Made by a program: the position numbers and the translations under genes. 64,000 nucleotides of DNA from an uncultured virus (IMG/VR IMGVR_UViG_3300011361_000001). Lineage: Duplodnaviria; Heunggongvirae; Uroviricota; Caudoviricetes. Below, piece after piece: positions 47,616 through 57,803 of the stretch; position 1 is the first letter of the stretch; the number at the start of each line of letters is the position of its first letter. Below the pieces are notes generated by a model that saw only the letters and a program-made list of their open reading frames with translations, made no database searches and was not told the origin of the DNA. The stretch covers positions 124,001 through 188,000 of IMG/VR virus record IMGVR_UViG_3300011361_000001; one strand, written 5' to 3'.

Positions 47616-48872
47616 TTACTCGGAGGTGGCAATGGTCCGGCTGGCTAGAATACGGATACCGGGTACCAGGTTCATGATGCGGTTGAGTTCAAGACGGTAC
47701 GGGGTCTTGGAGTAACGGGTCAGACCACGGGTGAACTGAAGGATCTGCTTGAAGACCTTTTTGTTCACAGCATCCAGACCGTCAGCGTTGTTCATCCGCT
47801 TGGTCGAATCGGCCAAGTGCTTGAAGGCCTTGGTCAGCGGGACGAACTGCGTCTTGGCATCGATGATCAGCTGACAGTAACGCTCAGCATGGTCGAGCAT
47901 TTTGTCCACGTCATCGGTGGTGAAGTAGAAGTCTTCCAAGACCGAGGAGTTGAAGTTACTCCAAGTAAAGACGTATTCACGCACGTGGGTTTTAACGCAC
48001 AGGTCAGCGATGGCCTGGTGACGCTTGTCTGCAGACACGGGCTTGACCGGACGGCCTTTCCAGACTTCGAAACCACGGTTGCCGAGCAACACGTTACCGT
48101 CGCCTACCCCTTTACCTTTGAACACGGTGAACGGGTGGGGAAGCTTGGCTACCTTGTCTACAACGCTCTTTTCAAACTTCTCAGCGTTGTCGTAAGTACC
48201 GCCGTTCAGAATGCTGCGCACTTGTTCTAAGTACACGGCCAAGTCTTTGGGGTACTGCGAGCTTACGTACTTGGCGTAGCCGTAGTCGGTGTTCAGGTGC
48301 TCAACAGGCTTGGTGCTCGGACGCCCATCGACGGTGAACAACAGAGGCAGACTGGTACCAGCCAACGAACTCTTGTGACGCGTCTGGTTGAGGTTAGGCT
48401 TTTTGTCCTTCCACTCTTGACGCAGTTTGTGGATACGACCTTGTTGACGACGACCCCAACCATCGGCAGTGCTGAACAGCTGTGCCCAACTGTCGATCGA
48501 CTGTTGGAAGTCAGCTACATACAACTGCTTGATGCGGTTCCACATTCCAGACACCGCTTCCAAAGAAGCTGTCAGAAACGCCTGGGGGTCTTGGGCTGCG
48601 TCTTCAAAGGAGATCGCGACCGATTCCAGACCCAGGCTGTCGCCGACGTTCTGCAGACGCGAATGGACCATAAAGGTCTCGGTTTCAGAAACCTGTTCGG
48701 AGGTCTGTAGGGTTTGGATCGAATCTTCCAGCTCTTCGAGTTCCTCCATGGTGGCCACGAGGTTTTCGAAGTTGTTTTGAACGTGATTGAAATGCTCGAG
48801 GGCAACCATCAACGACTCAGTGCTGTACTGAGGTTTGTTAAGGTCACCTTCATTAAGAAGATTGGCAAGCAT
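47616..48872 (-). CDS. inner head protein with cleavable acidic propeptide (paralogue)
   Basis: YSTE, VALE, LGLE, ISFE and ASLE sites, then GMWNRIKQ typical of the mature-region start in these families. Confidence 0.65.
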   Translation of the reverse strand: MLANLLNEGDLNKPQYSTESLMVALEHFNHVQNNFENLVATMEELEELEDSIQTLQTSEQVSETETFMVHSRLQNVGDSLGLESVAISFEDAAQDPQAFLTASLEAVSGMWNRIKQLYVADFQQSIDSWAQLFSTADGWGRRQQGRIHKLRQEWKDKKPNLNQTRHKSSLAGTSLPLLFTVDGRPSTKPVEHLNTDYGYAKYVSSQYPKDLAVYLEQVRSILNGGTYDNAEKFEKSVVDKVAKLPHPFTVFKGKGVGDGNVLLGNRGFEVWKGRPVKPVSADKRHQAIADLCVKTHVREYVFTWSNFNSSVLEDFYFTTDDVDKMLDHAERYCQLIIDAKTQFVPLTKAFKHLADSTKRMNNADGLDAVNKKVFKQILQFTRGLTRYSKTPYRLELNRIMNLVPGIRILASRTIATSE

Positions 48873-48960
48873 GTGGCACCTATCTTTAAGGGTTGAATGA
48901 AGGGTTCATTAAATAGGCAGCATAAGTGGCAGGCCGAAGCCCACCACTCGTGCCCAGGGG

Positions 48961-49830
48961 TTAGAGAACAGCCGCAGCTGCGATCTCTTCCATCTGCTCG
49001 CTGTAACCGTTACCGTCTGCACCAGCGGCCTCGACGTCAGCGTCGATTTCGGTGATGAAGGCCTGACGCAGGTTCTGGTTAGCACCAGTGAGGGTCATGC
49101 GGTCCAGGAATTCCTGAGCCAGCAGATCCACACCTTCGCCGACCTGAGTCAGTGCAGTGAATTCAACGGTGTAATCCGTCTTGTCACCGCCGGCAGTCAG
49201 TTCACGACGACCTTGGATGTCCGCCACAGTACCGTTCGGACGCATGTTGGTCGACAGCCACGACGTCACCACTTTGGAGTGGGTCGGATCGGGTTCGATG
49301 AACAACACAGTCATCCCGGTGTAGTCAGGCAGCAAGTCAATCGGACGATTGGCAAGCTTGACCACGCGGGGGTACTTGGTTTCCGGGTCCATGATCAGGT
49401 TCAGAACCCAACCGTTCAAGAAGTTGGCCACAGAGCGACCGTACTTCTCGTTCCAGGTGAACGACGGCGTCGAACGCTGACGGGTAACGTTGGTGATGTC
49501 TTGTTGCATCTCACCAGCGCCACCGAACGGGTTCTCGCTGTGTTCTACCGACAGAGTCTGGTTAAGACCTTCGATAGTCAGCGGAGCCAATTCAACCAGG
49601 TTCTTCAACGTGGCTACCCAGTACTCCGGATCTTCGAGGTCCTGGAATCCACGCGGGGCCTCGATGAGGATCGCGATCAGGTTCCGACGGATGTACGAAG
49701 CGTTCGACACGTAAGCATCGAATACCGGAGCATGGCCCATTTGACCACCCTTGCGGATGTCGACGGCGGGCGCTTGACCGTACTGATTGAACCCCTTGTT
49801 ATCAAGGAGCGTATCTGCTAGGCGGCTCAT
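48961..49830 (-). CDS. tail tube protein (phiKZ gp30-like)
   Basis: Directly downstream of the sheath gene with an overlapping start; NVTRQRSTPSFTW.EKYG and LFIEPDP motifs. Confidence 0.85.
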   Translation of the reverse strand: MSRLADTLLDNKGFNQYGQAPAVDIRKGGQMGHAPVFDAYVSNASYIRRNLIAILIEAPRGFQDLEDPEYWVATLKNLVELAPLTIEGLNQTLSVEHSENPFGGAGEMQQDITNVTRQRSTPSFTWNEKYGRSVANFLNGWVLNLIMDPETKYPRVVKLANRPIDLLPDYTGMTVLFIEPDPTHSKVVTSWLSTNMRPNGTVADIQGRRELTAGGDKTDYTVEFTALTQVGEGVDLLAQEFLDRMTLTGANQNLRQAFITEIDADVEAAGADGNGYSEQMEEIAAAAVL

Positions 49831-51884
49831 TGTTCGAGGTCCTCACGACGACGGGCTACGATGGTGAACGAGCCCACGGTTTTCATGTTGTTGCCGTACA
49901 TCACGATGTTGCAGCCCCAGCTGTAGCCACGCTGCTTATCGTTGTCGGACAGGAAAGTGTCCGGTACGATGACAACACGGTTATCGAAGCGACCGGCAAC
50001 GGCTTCTTCGATCAGACGGTTCGAACGAGTGATGAACTGGTTTTCGGTCAGACCGGAGATACCAGTCAACTGGCGCCAGGTGATTTCAGCAACCTTTTCG
50101 AGTTCAACAGCGATCAGCATGTTGAACATGGAGTTCAGAATGCTGGTGTCGTCGTCGTACACGGTTTGCAGACCAGGGAAGAACTGGCTGCGACGGTCGA
50201 AGTTCTGCACCCATACCAGACCTGCGTCCCAGTCGTTGGAGCGAACGTTGGCCTTTTTGTAGGTCGCGTTCACGTCACGGAACATGGTGACTTGGTTGGC
50301 TGGGGAGATGTCGAACTTGGCACGCGACTTCCAGACGCCGTCGCCGGCACCCATGTACGCTGCGCACTTGTCCGCCAACTCGATGGTCAGCGGTGTCAGG
50401 TTTTTCCACTTCGAGTTAACGAGGTAGCCTGAGTGACCGATTACCATAGCACGGCAGGTCGAGGTACCGTAGATTTCCGATTCCGGGAACATACGGGCAG
50501 CAGTACGCAGGGCGACTGCAATCGACGACTCTTCCGAGTTGCTGTTTTGCGGCTGAGACACATCCTGAGTCGACAGGATCACGGCGATGTCTTTACGACG
50601 GCCGATTACGGTGAGCAGCTTCTTCTTGGTCGCCAGGCTGAAGCCCGAGTCCCAGATGATCGACTGCGGATACACCGCGCTGTCCAGGAAGTGGTACGCA
50701 CCGTCACCGTAGTTGGCGCAGATGTCGCCTACCAGACGGTCGAAGGTTGCGAAGTCCATGGTACCGTCAGCACCACCACGGGCATAGTGAGTCGAACTTT
50801 CGTTCAGCAACACGCCACCAGCAGAAGGACCTTCGATCAACAGACTGTGGTACGGAGTACCGTTGTAGTCGTGACCACCGATGAAGTTGATCATGTGCAG
50901 ATCTTCTTCAGCGTCGGAGACCAGACCGTGCAGGCTTTCGGTTTCCTGGATCTTGCTCAGCAGCTCTTCGATGTTCTCGAGGTAGACATGCTGAGTGTCG
51001 ATCAGGCCGATGGTCGGCGGCAGACCATTGGAGGCCGGCTGGTTCCAGCTTTGCAGCAGGATGTCTTCAACCGAAACTTCGGTGTCCGTCTTCTCGTTAA
51101 CCACACCTGCTTTGTAGGTGAAGTCGATGAACTGGTCACCGTAGAGGGTTTCTTTGACCACAGGGGTGCTGTTGGCCGAAGGACGTTCAACGAGCGCCAG
51201 GCGGTACATGTACGCACGGGCAGCTTCGATCAGTTCGTCGTTGACAGGGCTCGAGGAATCAATCGTCGGCGAGGACAGACGAATACCAACGAGGTCACCG
51301 AAAGAACCGTGAGAGGAAACACGCCAGGCATGCAGAGGAATCATGGTCGACTGAGCGCCATCAGATTCTGCAACCAGAGCGCCAACGCGAGGCTCGAGGG
51401 TATGGAGACCCACGCCGTGTTCGACGCCTTCGATGACGTAACGAACGCGGATACCAGGAACAGTCTCGCCAGTCGGAATACGAGCGCCATTGCTGTCAAG
51501 CAGGAAGCGACCATTTTCGGCACGGCGGAAATCAGGGACATCGTCCGCGACATAGTCAGCCCACAGGCACAGCGCAGCAATAGCTGCGTCATCGGCTACT
51601 ACACGCTGAGCAACCATCATGTTGCCGCGAGCGTTGACAGTGTTGATCAGCACCGTCTGGTGAGTAGCGTACTTGGAACGATAGTCAAACGACTCCGCTC
51701 CGTAGGTGGACACAAGACTGTCACCCACGACAACCTGAGGAACCAAAGGACCGCGCTGTGCAAAAAGGAACACATGCGGCATGTGAGTTGGACGTGCTTC
51801 TGGTTGATAAACCGGAGCGCGGCCAGACTCATCCTTGATACCGTTCAGGATGGCGCGAGGGGCAGCGTTTTTGATTGTGATCAT
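49827..51884 (-). CDS. contractile tail sheath protein (phiKZ gp29-like)
   Basis: NAAPRAILNGIKDES N-terminus, FPESEIYGT, FFPGLQTVYDDDTSILNS; ~685 aa; GGGAG RBS. Confidence 0.9.
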   Translation of the reverse strand: MITIKNAAPRAILNGIKDESGRAPVYQPEARPTHMPHVFLFAQRGPLVPQVVVGDSLVSTYGAESFDYRSKYATHQTVLINTVNARGNMMVAQRVVADDAAIAALCLWADYVADDVPDFRRAENGRFLLDSNGARIPTGETVPGIRVRYVIEGVEHGVGLHTLEPRVGALVAESDGAQSTMIPLHAWRVSSHGSFGDLVGIRLSSPTIDSSSPVNDELIEAARAYMYRLALVERPSANSTPVVKETLYGDQFIDFTYKAGVVNEKTDTEVSVEDILLQSWNQPASNGLPPTIGLIDTQHVYLENIEELLSKIQETESLHGLVSDAEEDLHMINFIGGHDYNGTPYHSLLIEGPSAGGVLLNESSTHYARGGADGTMDFATFDRLVGDICANYGDGAYHFLDSAVYPQSIIWDSGFSLATKKKLLTVIGRRKDIAVILSTQDVSQPQNSNSEESSIAVALRTAARMFPESEIYGTSTCRAMVIGHSGYLVNSKWKNLTPLTIELADKCAAYMGAGDGVWKSRAKFDISPANQVTMFRDVNATYKKANVRSNDWDAGLVWVQNFDRRSQFFPGLQTVYDDDTSILNSMFNMLIAVELEKVAEITWRQLTGISGLTENQFITRSNRLIEEAVAGRFDNRVVIVPDTFLSDNDKQRGYSWGCNIVMYGNNMKTVGSFTIVARRREDLEQ

Positions 51885-52095
51885 AACAGCTCCCGTGATC
51901 AAAATAGATCATTAATCGCGATTAAAGGACCAAGCAAACCTACTCCTCGTCCAAGCCATGGTCTTATCGGAGGAGAAATAACTTGAATGGTATAGTTGCC
52001 GTACACTGATGTAGTACATCATACTATTCCAGAGACGAACTACATACCTAATTTTAGTAAACTTTTACGTCCCAGTAAACCAGGAGATTGAATAG

Positions 52096-52989
52096 ATGAA
52101 AGTCTCTCCATACGATACCAAGCCTTGCGCGTCGTATAACATGGCCGATACGCTCAAACACCTCCGTTTGGCGTTTGTGGAGGGTACTCTCTACAAGCTC
52201 GAAGGCACGTCGCTCAGTGACATCTACTTGGTGTCTCCACGCAACAAAGAAGTTAAACCCTTCACTCACCCGGTGTTGATCGAACACGGCGGGTACACCG
52301 TTGCAGTCATCGATGCCCGTGCATTGATCCGTGAAGACGGTGCAACGTACAAGGTGGCTAACCACACCGAGTTTCAATTCAACGTGACGCGGGCGGCTCT
52401 CACCCTTTATGCCCATCGTCACAACATGGAAGACATCGGCAACATTGGCGACTTGGGTCTGACCACCTTTGCACGTTACGTTGCTGAGAACATCACCCGT
52501 CGTCTGAACTTAAATCCCGAAGAGCAAATGAAGCTGACCCTCGTGGCAGCCTTCTGGCATCTGTGTGGGATGCGTGAGATGGACGAACTCACCGAGCGTG
52601 ACCTGCAGCGTATGGTTCCGCGTGTAGCACGGTGCACCAAGCTCAACGCTCAGTGGATCTTCGACAACATCGGTCCTATCCGTTATATGGATGGTGTGGC
52701 TGACTTTGTGACCGTGGTCAAAGAACTGATCCCTAACCGTCGTCTGGAACAACTGGACGTGGCACTGCTTTACGCAATGCTGGGTGGTGGCTGGTTCGGT
52801 TTCAATGCCCGTGAAGTGGTAGCAGTTGCGTTGGAACACATCCCAACGTGGTATGCGATTATCTATTCTTCGTTGATCGACCGCAGCTTCCGCAAAGCGC
52901 CTATTGCAAGCGTCGTACAAATCCATGACCGCAACGGGGCCGGTAAGCAATTCACCATTAACTTGGCTCGTATGCTCGAGGTGCTCTAA
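52096..52989 (+). CDS. virion structural protein (phiKZ gp28-like)
   Basis: Divergent from the sheath gene; WFG..AREVVAVALEH.PTW motif; AGGAG RBS. Confidence 0.7.
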   Translation: MKVSPYDTKPCASYNMADTLKHLRLAFVEGTLYKLEGTSLSDIYLVSPRNKEVKPFTHPVLIEHGGYTVAVIDARALIREDGATYKVANHTEFQFNVTRAALTLYAHRHNMEDIGNIGDLGLTTFARYVAENITRRLNLNPEEQMKLTLVAAFWHLCGMREMDELTERDLQRMVPRVARCTKLNAQWIFDNIGPIRYMDGVADFVTVVKELIPNRRLEQLDVALLYAMLGGGWFGFNAREVVAVALEHIPTWYAIIYSSLIDRSFRKAPIASVVQIHDRNGAGKQFTINLARMLEVL

Positions 52990-55553
52990 TGTCAAACTTT
53001 CTGGCGGTACACGGGACGAAAAACGTTTGGTGTACTCCAGATCAAGACTACCAACACATCTTTCAAGTTGCCCGCATTACCCGTGACCTAGGCGTTAGTC
53101 GTACCTGTGCGGTGGAATGGCAAACCCTGCCTCTACCCACAGCGACCGACGTCTTTCATGTGTACTCGATCGGTCAGATCCATCCACGTCAACTAGGCTT
53201 AGCTACCAAGCAGAAAGTCTGGCACCGTGTGGATCAACTGGCAGGTCTTGAAGGCATTACCATCAACTTCTATCACAAAGACGGTTTCGAGTTCCCTCGG
53301 CACTTGGCGTACGTGATGGTGATGGGTGATCGTAACGTGATCGTGGCGTTGCGGCAGATGGATGTGTTGAAAAGTCGCTACGTCAAGCCTTTGTATGTGC
53401 GTTTTTATTCCAACGCTTATTACGGGTCCCAACGCTCTGATGGTAAGTCTGAAACCATTGCGTGCAAAGGGTACACCCATTGGGGCTCGACGCAGGATCT
53501 GGTGACATTCCAAAACTTGCGTAACACCTTCAAAGCTCGCGAGGGTAAAACCTTAACGTTCCACAACGGCTACTACGTCGATGACGTACAACCGGGTCGA
53601 ATGGTCTTGGGCGATGAAGCTGAGTTTTTCTACGACGCCTCAATGCGCCGACAGGTGATCTTGAAAGTCAAAGACCTCAAAACCTTTGACAGCACGATTG
53701 ATAGGAAACGTAAGTTCCTGATTTATCGTGATAAAACCAATGCAGATAGTTGGATCGATTACCGCGACGACATCGACATCTATTTGGTTAAGCGCGAAGT
53801 CAACGGCCGGTTCTCGGGGGTGTATTACCACCGTAACCAAGAAGACGCGTTGCGCATGATCACCCACAATGCGTACTCGATTCCGGTGAGCTATATCCAA
53901 GGTTACGTGACCGACCACCCACAGTGGACCGATATCAACGACTTGGAACTGCATCTGTTTGTTCGTGAGTCCGGTTACAAGCGCCCCTTGGTGTTTGAAC
54001 ACAACCGCATTCATGAGTTGTACAAACTCAGCGACGAGCAGATTGTTGATGCGATGTTGGGTCTGGAATCTACCGTACCGAACTGGCGGGCTGAACACTT
54101 GGAGTCGTCCTGGTACACAGCCTTGATGCGCGTGTATGACGGTCAGATCACCAACGAAATGGTCGAGCGTGCTTACGGCTACAATGCGATTACTCAGCTG
54201 GTGGTGCCTACACCCCAGAAGACCGATCTCATGGCCGGGACGCGTTTTGTCAAGGTGCCTGTGGGCTTCTATGACACCTCAACCATGCTCGAGTTCGACG
54301 CTAAGGGTCGGTTGTTGGGCTTTCAAGTCCATGTCGGGGGTGAGTACTACAACCCGATTGATCGCAACACGCGGATGATCGAAGCGCATCGTGGGGTGGG
54401 GAGTAAACAAGTCAGTACCAAACACGGCTTGGGTACCTTTGTCATCAACAGCAAGCACAACTACCGGTTTTACAAGTCACCAAAGCTTGCAGGGATTATC
54501 ACCAACGAGTGGACACCTGCGGTTGAGAACGTTGACTACACCATCTCCAAGGGTGTGTTGACGTGGGCGTTGAATCCGGTGAGCTGGCAGGGCATGGTTA
54601 AATCCGATGCAGGCTTTTTGTTGTATCAGCAAGATCTGGCCGCTGAGAGTGGTATCTATCACTTTACAGTGCGCAGTTTGGAACAACGTGACGGCAGCGC
54701 GTACACCGACGGCAATATGATTGTTCCGCCTCGGCGGCTCAGTGTATGGCTGAACGGGTTTGGGTTGATTGAAAACATCGACTACTACGTGAAGTGGCCT
54801 AAGGTTGTGCTGACCAACAAAGAGTATCTGGTCAGTGGTAAGCAGAAAGTCGTGGTGATGGCCGAAGGGTTCTGTCAAGACGATTTAACGTGTGAGCCGC
54901 AACCGGATGTGGGTTACGTTGAATACGGCCTGCTCAGCATGAACAACACGATCAACCTACGCGATGATAAAAACGTGCGGATCATGGTTGGGGGTTGTGC
55001 TAAGCATCGTAGCGAAGTGGCCTTCGTTGAAGACTACCCGAATGTTGATTCCACCAAGCTGCTCCAAAACGGGCGACCGTATCAGGTGGATGAGATTGTC
55101 AATCCGTTGGGTCTTTACACCCCCACCGAAACCTACGCCTTGCGCAAGAAGTCGCAACGTGTGGACGTGGTGGTTGAGACGTACGTCAACGGTAAGCGCA
55201 AGCAACCAACACTCCCAGGCATCACGCCTATTCCGGATCGCTATCGGGTCTACAGTCCGTTTGTCGCGCGTCTGCTCGATGACTTGGACCGTGGGGTGTT
55301 GTGGGACGATCGCATGATCGGGCGTTACAACGTGACCTTTATCCGCAGCTTGCTCAAAAGCTACGAATGGTTGCTGGAATTCGAACCGTCCAAAAAGGAC
55401 ATCGATGACCGTTATGTGGTGGTTCATCCTCACACGTACGACTCGGTCTTTGAGTTAAATATCTACAAGCTCACGTTCTTGAAACGTGCGATTGCGTATT
55501 ACCTCGATGACAAAGTTAACGTCAACCACTTTGTTTCCATCTCTGACGATTAG
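52989..55553 (+). CDS. virion structural/baseplate protein (phiKZ gp27-like)
   Basis: NVWCTPDQD N-terminus, IDYRDDIDIY, LRMITH..YSIP; TAATG coupling to the upstream gene. Confidence 0.7.
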   Translation: MSNFLAVHGTKNVWCTPDQDYQHIFQVARITRDLGVSRTCAVEWQTLPLPTATDVFHVYSIGQIHPRQLGLATKQKVWHRVDQLAGLEGITINFYHKDGFEFPRHLAYVMVMGDRNVIVALRQMDVLKSRYVKPLYVRFYSNAYYGSQRSDGKSETIACKGYTHWGSTQDLVTFQNLRNTFKAREGKTLTFHNGYYVDDVQPGRMVLGDEAEFFYDASMRRQVILKVKDLKTFDSTIDRKRKFLIYRDKTNADSWIDYRDDIDIYLVKREVNGRFSGVYYHRNQEDALRMITHNAYSIPVSYIQGYVTDHPQWTDINDLELHLFVRESGYKRPLVFEHNRIHELYKLSDEQIVDAMLGLESTVPNWRAEHLESSWYTALMRVYDGQITNEMVERAYGYNAITQLVVPTPQKTDLMAGTRFVKVPVGFYDTSTMLEFDAKGRLLGFQVHVGGEYYNPIDRNTRMIEAHRGVGSKQVSTKHGLGTFVINSKHNYRFYKSPKLAGIITNEWTPAVENVDYTISKGVLTWALNPVSWQGMVKSDAGFLLYQQDLAAESGIYHFTVRSLEQRDGSAYTDGNMIVPPRRLSVWLNGFGLIENIDYYVKWPKVVLTNKEYLVSGKQKVVVMAEGFCQDDLTCEPQPDVGYVEYGLLSMNNTINLRDDKNVRIMVGGCAKHRSEVAFVEDYPNVDSTKLLQNGRPYQVDEIVNPLGLYTPTETYALRKKSQRVDVVVETYVNGKRKQPTLPGITPIPDRYRVYSPFVARLLDDLDRGVLWDDRMIGRYNVTFIRSLLKSYEWLLEFEPSKKDIDDRYVVVHPHTYDSVFELNIYKLTFLKRAIAYYLDDKVNVNHFVSISDD

Positions 55554-55560
55554 GTGAGTT

Positions 55561-57240
55561 ATGTCAACTACCCCTATGGTGCCAGTGATCAACCCCGATC
55601 GGGGCCATCGTCGCTGGCGCAAAAGTGAAATCTACACAGGTCCGGACGGCACTGGCCGTTACTGCCCGAACTTGGACGATGAAGTCTGGGATTGGGCGAC
55701 AGGTCTGTGGCGGGTGATGAGCGTGGATTATACCACGGGTCTGTCTCGCCTGCAGCGTTACGAAGAGCCGTTGGAAAGTGGTGCCCTAACGGATGAAGAC
55801 GTCCTGCTCGGTGTGGGACCTGGCTATCAAAGCGAGTCCTTCCGTGCGTTCATCGATACCTCGGTGGTTCCACACACCTTGGCGTTGGATTCGCGTCTGT
55901 CGTTCAAAGGCACCACTGTCACGACGGTTAAGGTGTTCTTGGGTTCAGACATTGCAGACAAAGCTGCAGTGATCTCGGCGATGTACGACCAGAACGGTCA
56001 GCTCTTGGGGGAGAACATTCCTCTGGAACTGGTACAGGTGCCGAACAACCCAGATGGTGAACCTTCTGCTTACAACAAAGCGGTTAAGGTACCGATGATT
56101 GCCTACACCATGCGTCAGTTGCCGGATAACGAGCCGTTGACTGTGGTGGCGTATGACCAAGCGGGTAACGTACGGTCTATCGCACGGGTACTGGTGTGCA
56201 ATACAGCCTTTGCTCGGACGACCGATGCGTCGCGTAAGTACATCCGCAGCATTCATCTGGAATCACCCTTCCTGTCTGAAGTCGATCAGAACCTGCTCCA
56301 ATTCCCGATCAACTTGCCGGTCTCGGCATTGAACGCCATTGGTGTGGTGACCTACAGCGACAACAGTCAAACGCGCATGGCGGTGGACGGCAGTAAGTTT
56401 AACCTGTACGGGTTGAACAACTACATGGCGACCCAACAAGGCCAGCGTCTGGATCTGGTGTTGACCTACCGCTTGGGCGATGATGAGTACAACTACGGCG
56501 CTACGGCGAACCAAGGTAAGCACATGTCGGTGGCCTACAAAGCCACAACCCTGCGGATGGATGGTGCGTACAGCGTGAAGCTCTTCTGTGCGCCTGTGTG
56601 GGTCGATGCGGTCTACGGTTACCGTCTGCGTTGGTTCCTGCTGAACTTGGATCGTGAAGAATGGTTCGAGGTCACAGGTCAGGTCACGATGGCAGTCGGT
56701 TCGGCTGAGTTCCGTCCAACTGACTACGGTGTGCTGCAGAACTTGACTGTGGGTATCAACATGAAAGACGTTGATCCTCAGTTTAAGAACTACCGTCACA
56801 GTCAGACGATCGGTATCGTGCTGCGTCAGCCTGACAACGTGATCAGCGAAGACCGTTGGGCCATTCGTTACACCCCAGGACAGAATCCAATGTACGGGTC
56901 CGGTGTTAAAGCCATCTCGCGCATGGAGAACGTCAACAACTGGAAGCTGGACCTCAGCAATGGACTTAGCAACTACGCGGCTTGGTTGGACCAAGTGTTC
57001 TACCGCGCTGAACCGTTGTTCAATCCGTCTGTGGAACAGCGTGCACCAGAACCGACGCACTTCGCACTCTTCATCAATGGGCAGGACTTTGAGTACCCGC
57101 TTGAGATGTGGAACCGCGAATTGGTTTCGCCGCACGCTATCAAGACAGGGGAGCCGGTGATCATCCGCTTCTTCCGTCGGACAGCTGTGACCGATATCCA
57201 ACTCGGTATGGGTGTGATGTACACCAAGCAAGTTAGCTAA
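55561..57240 (+). CDS. virion structural/baseplate protein (phiKZ gp26-like)
   Basis: EIYTG..GTGRY.PN.DD N-terminus, GAYSVKLF..P.W and APEPTHF motifs; synteny with the terminase. Confidence 0.7.
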   Translation: MSTTPMVPVINPDRGHRRWRKSEIYTGPDGTGRYCPNLDDEVWDWATGLWRVMSVDYTTGLSRLQRYEEPLESGALTDEDVLLGVGPGYQSESFRAFIDTSVVPHTLALDSRLSFKGTTVTTVKVFLGSDIADKAAVISAMYDQNGQLLGENIPLELVQVPNNPDGEPSAYNKAVKVPMIAYTMRQLPDNEPLTVVAYDQAGNVRSIARVLVCNTAFARTTDASRKYIRSIHLESPFLSEVDQNLLQFPINLPVSALNAIGVVTYSDNSQTRMAVDGSKFNLYGLNNYMATQQGQRLDLVLTYRLGDDEYNYGATANQGKHMSVAYKATTLRMDGAYSVKLFCAPVWVDAVYGYRLRWFLLNLDREEWFEVTGQVTMAVGSAEFRPTDYGVLQNLTVGINMKDVDPQFKNYRHSQTIGIVLRQPDNVISEDRWAIRYTPGQNPMYGSGVKAISRMENVNNWKLDLSNGLSNYAAWLDQVFYRAEPLFNPSVEQRAPEPTHFALFINGQDFEYPLEMWNRELVSPHAIKTGEPVIIRFFRRTAVTDIQLGMGVMYTKQVS

Positions 57241-57297
57241 AAAAAAAGCGTAGAAACCTGTAGGGGGCAACCCCTACAGGATTTTATGCCTAGAAGA

Positions 57298-57386
57298 CCA
57301 AATAAAAAAATTTCAGATCTATATTACTCACTTGAATAGAATACAAAAGTCTTGTATTCACCGCATCAGTTCTTAGGAGAACACCC
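57298..57386 (+). promoter_or_regulatory. early promoter and leader module, copy 2
   Basis: TATATTAC at 57320-57327; same layout as 44667-44755. Confidence 0.8.
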
Positions 57387-57803
57387 ATGACACCTGTGAA
57401 TGTTAACCGCTATGCCCGCATGTTGAACTTAGGCTTGGATCAAACCAAGCAACTCTTGATGACGGTTGTGATGGTGGCTTCTAAAGCCTTGCACAATCGT
57501 GAGAACCTGGTTCGTCTAACGGACAACGGGTTCCTGATCTACGGGATTCCGTACGATCAATACCGCATCCTTTGGGAATGCGACCGTGAAGCGATTATCG
57601 ATGACGCCAACCAACGCCGACTCGTTAAACGCATGCACTTGGAATTAGAAGGTTGGAACTTAGGTCCCAACTCGATGTACGAAGATCACCTTGCCTTCCT
57701 GCGTTCAATGAATGCACAAGACATGGTTCGCTCGGGTCTCTGGACTCGTATCCCCACTAAACAAGATCTACTGGTCGAAGAGTTCGACCTCGCTGATATC
57801 TGA
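57387..57803 (+). CDS. early hypothetical protein
   Basis: First gene behind the early module; AGGAG RBS. Confidence 0.75.
   Translation: MTPVNVNRYARMLNLGLDQTKQLLMTVVMVASKALHNRENLVRLTDNGFLIYGIPYDQYRILWECDREAIIDDANQRRLVKRMHLELEGWNLGPNSMYEDHLAFLRSMNAQDMVRSGLWTRIPTKQDLLVEEFDLADI

Noticed and set aside
49213..51986. Long plus-strand ORFs (202, 200 and 517 aa) opposite tube and sheath
   Set aside because: Same antisense-shadow effect from codon bias in highly expressed genes.
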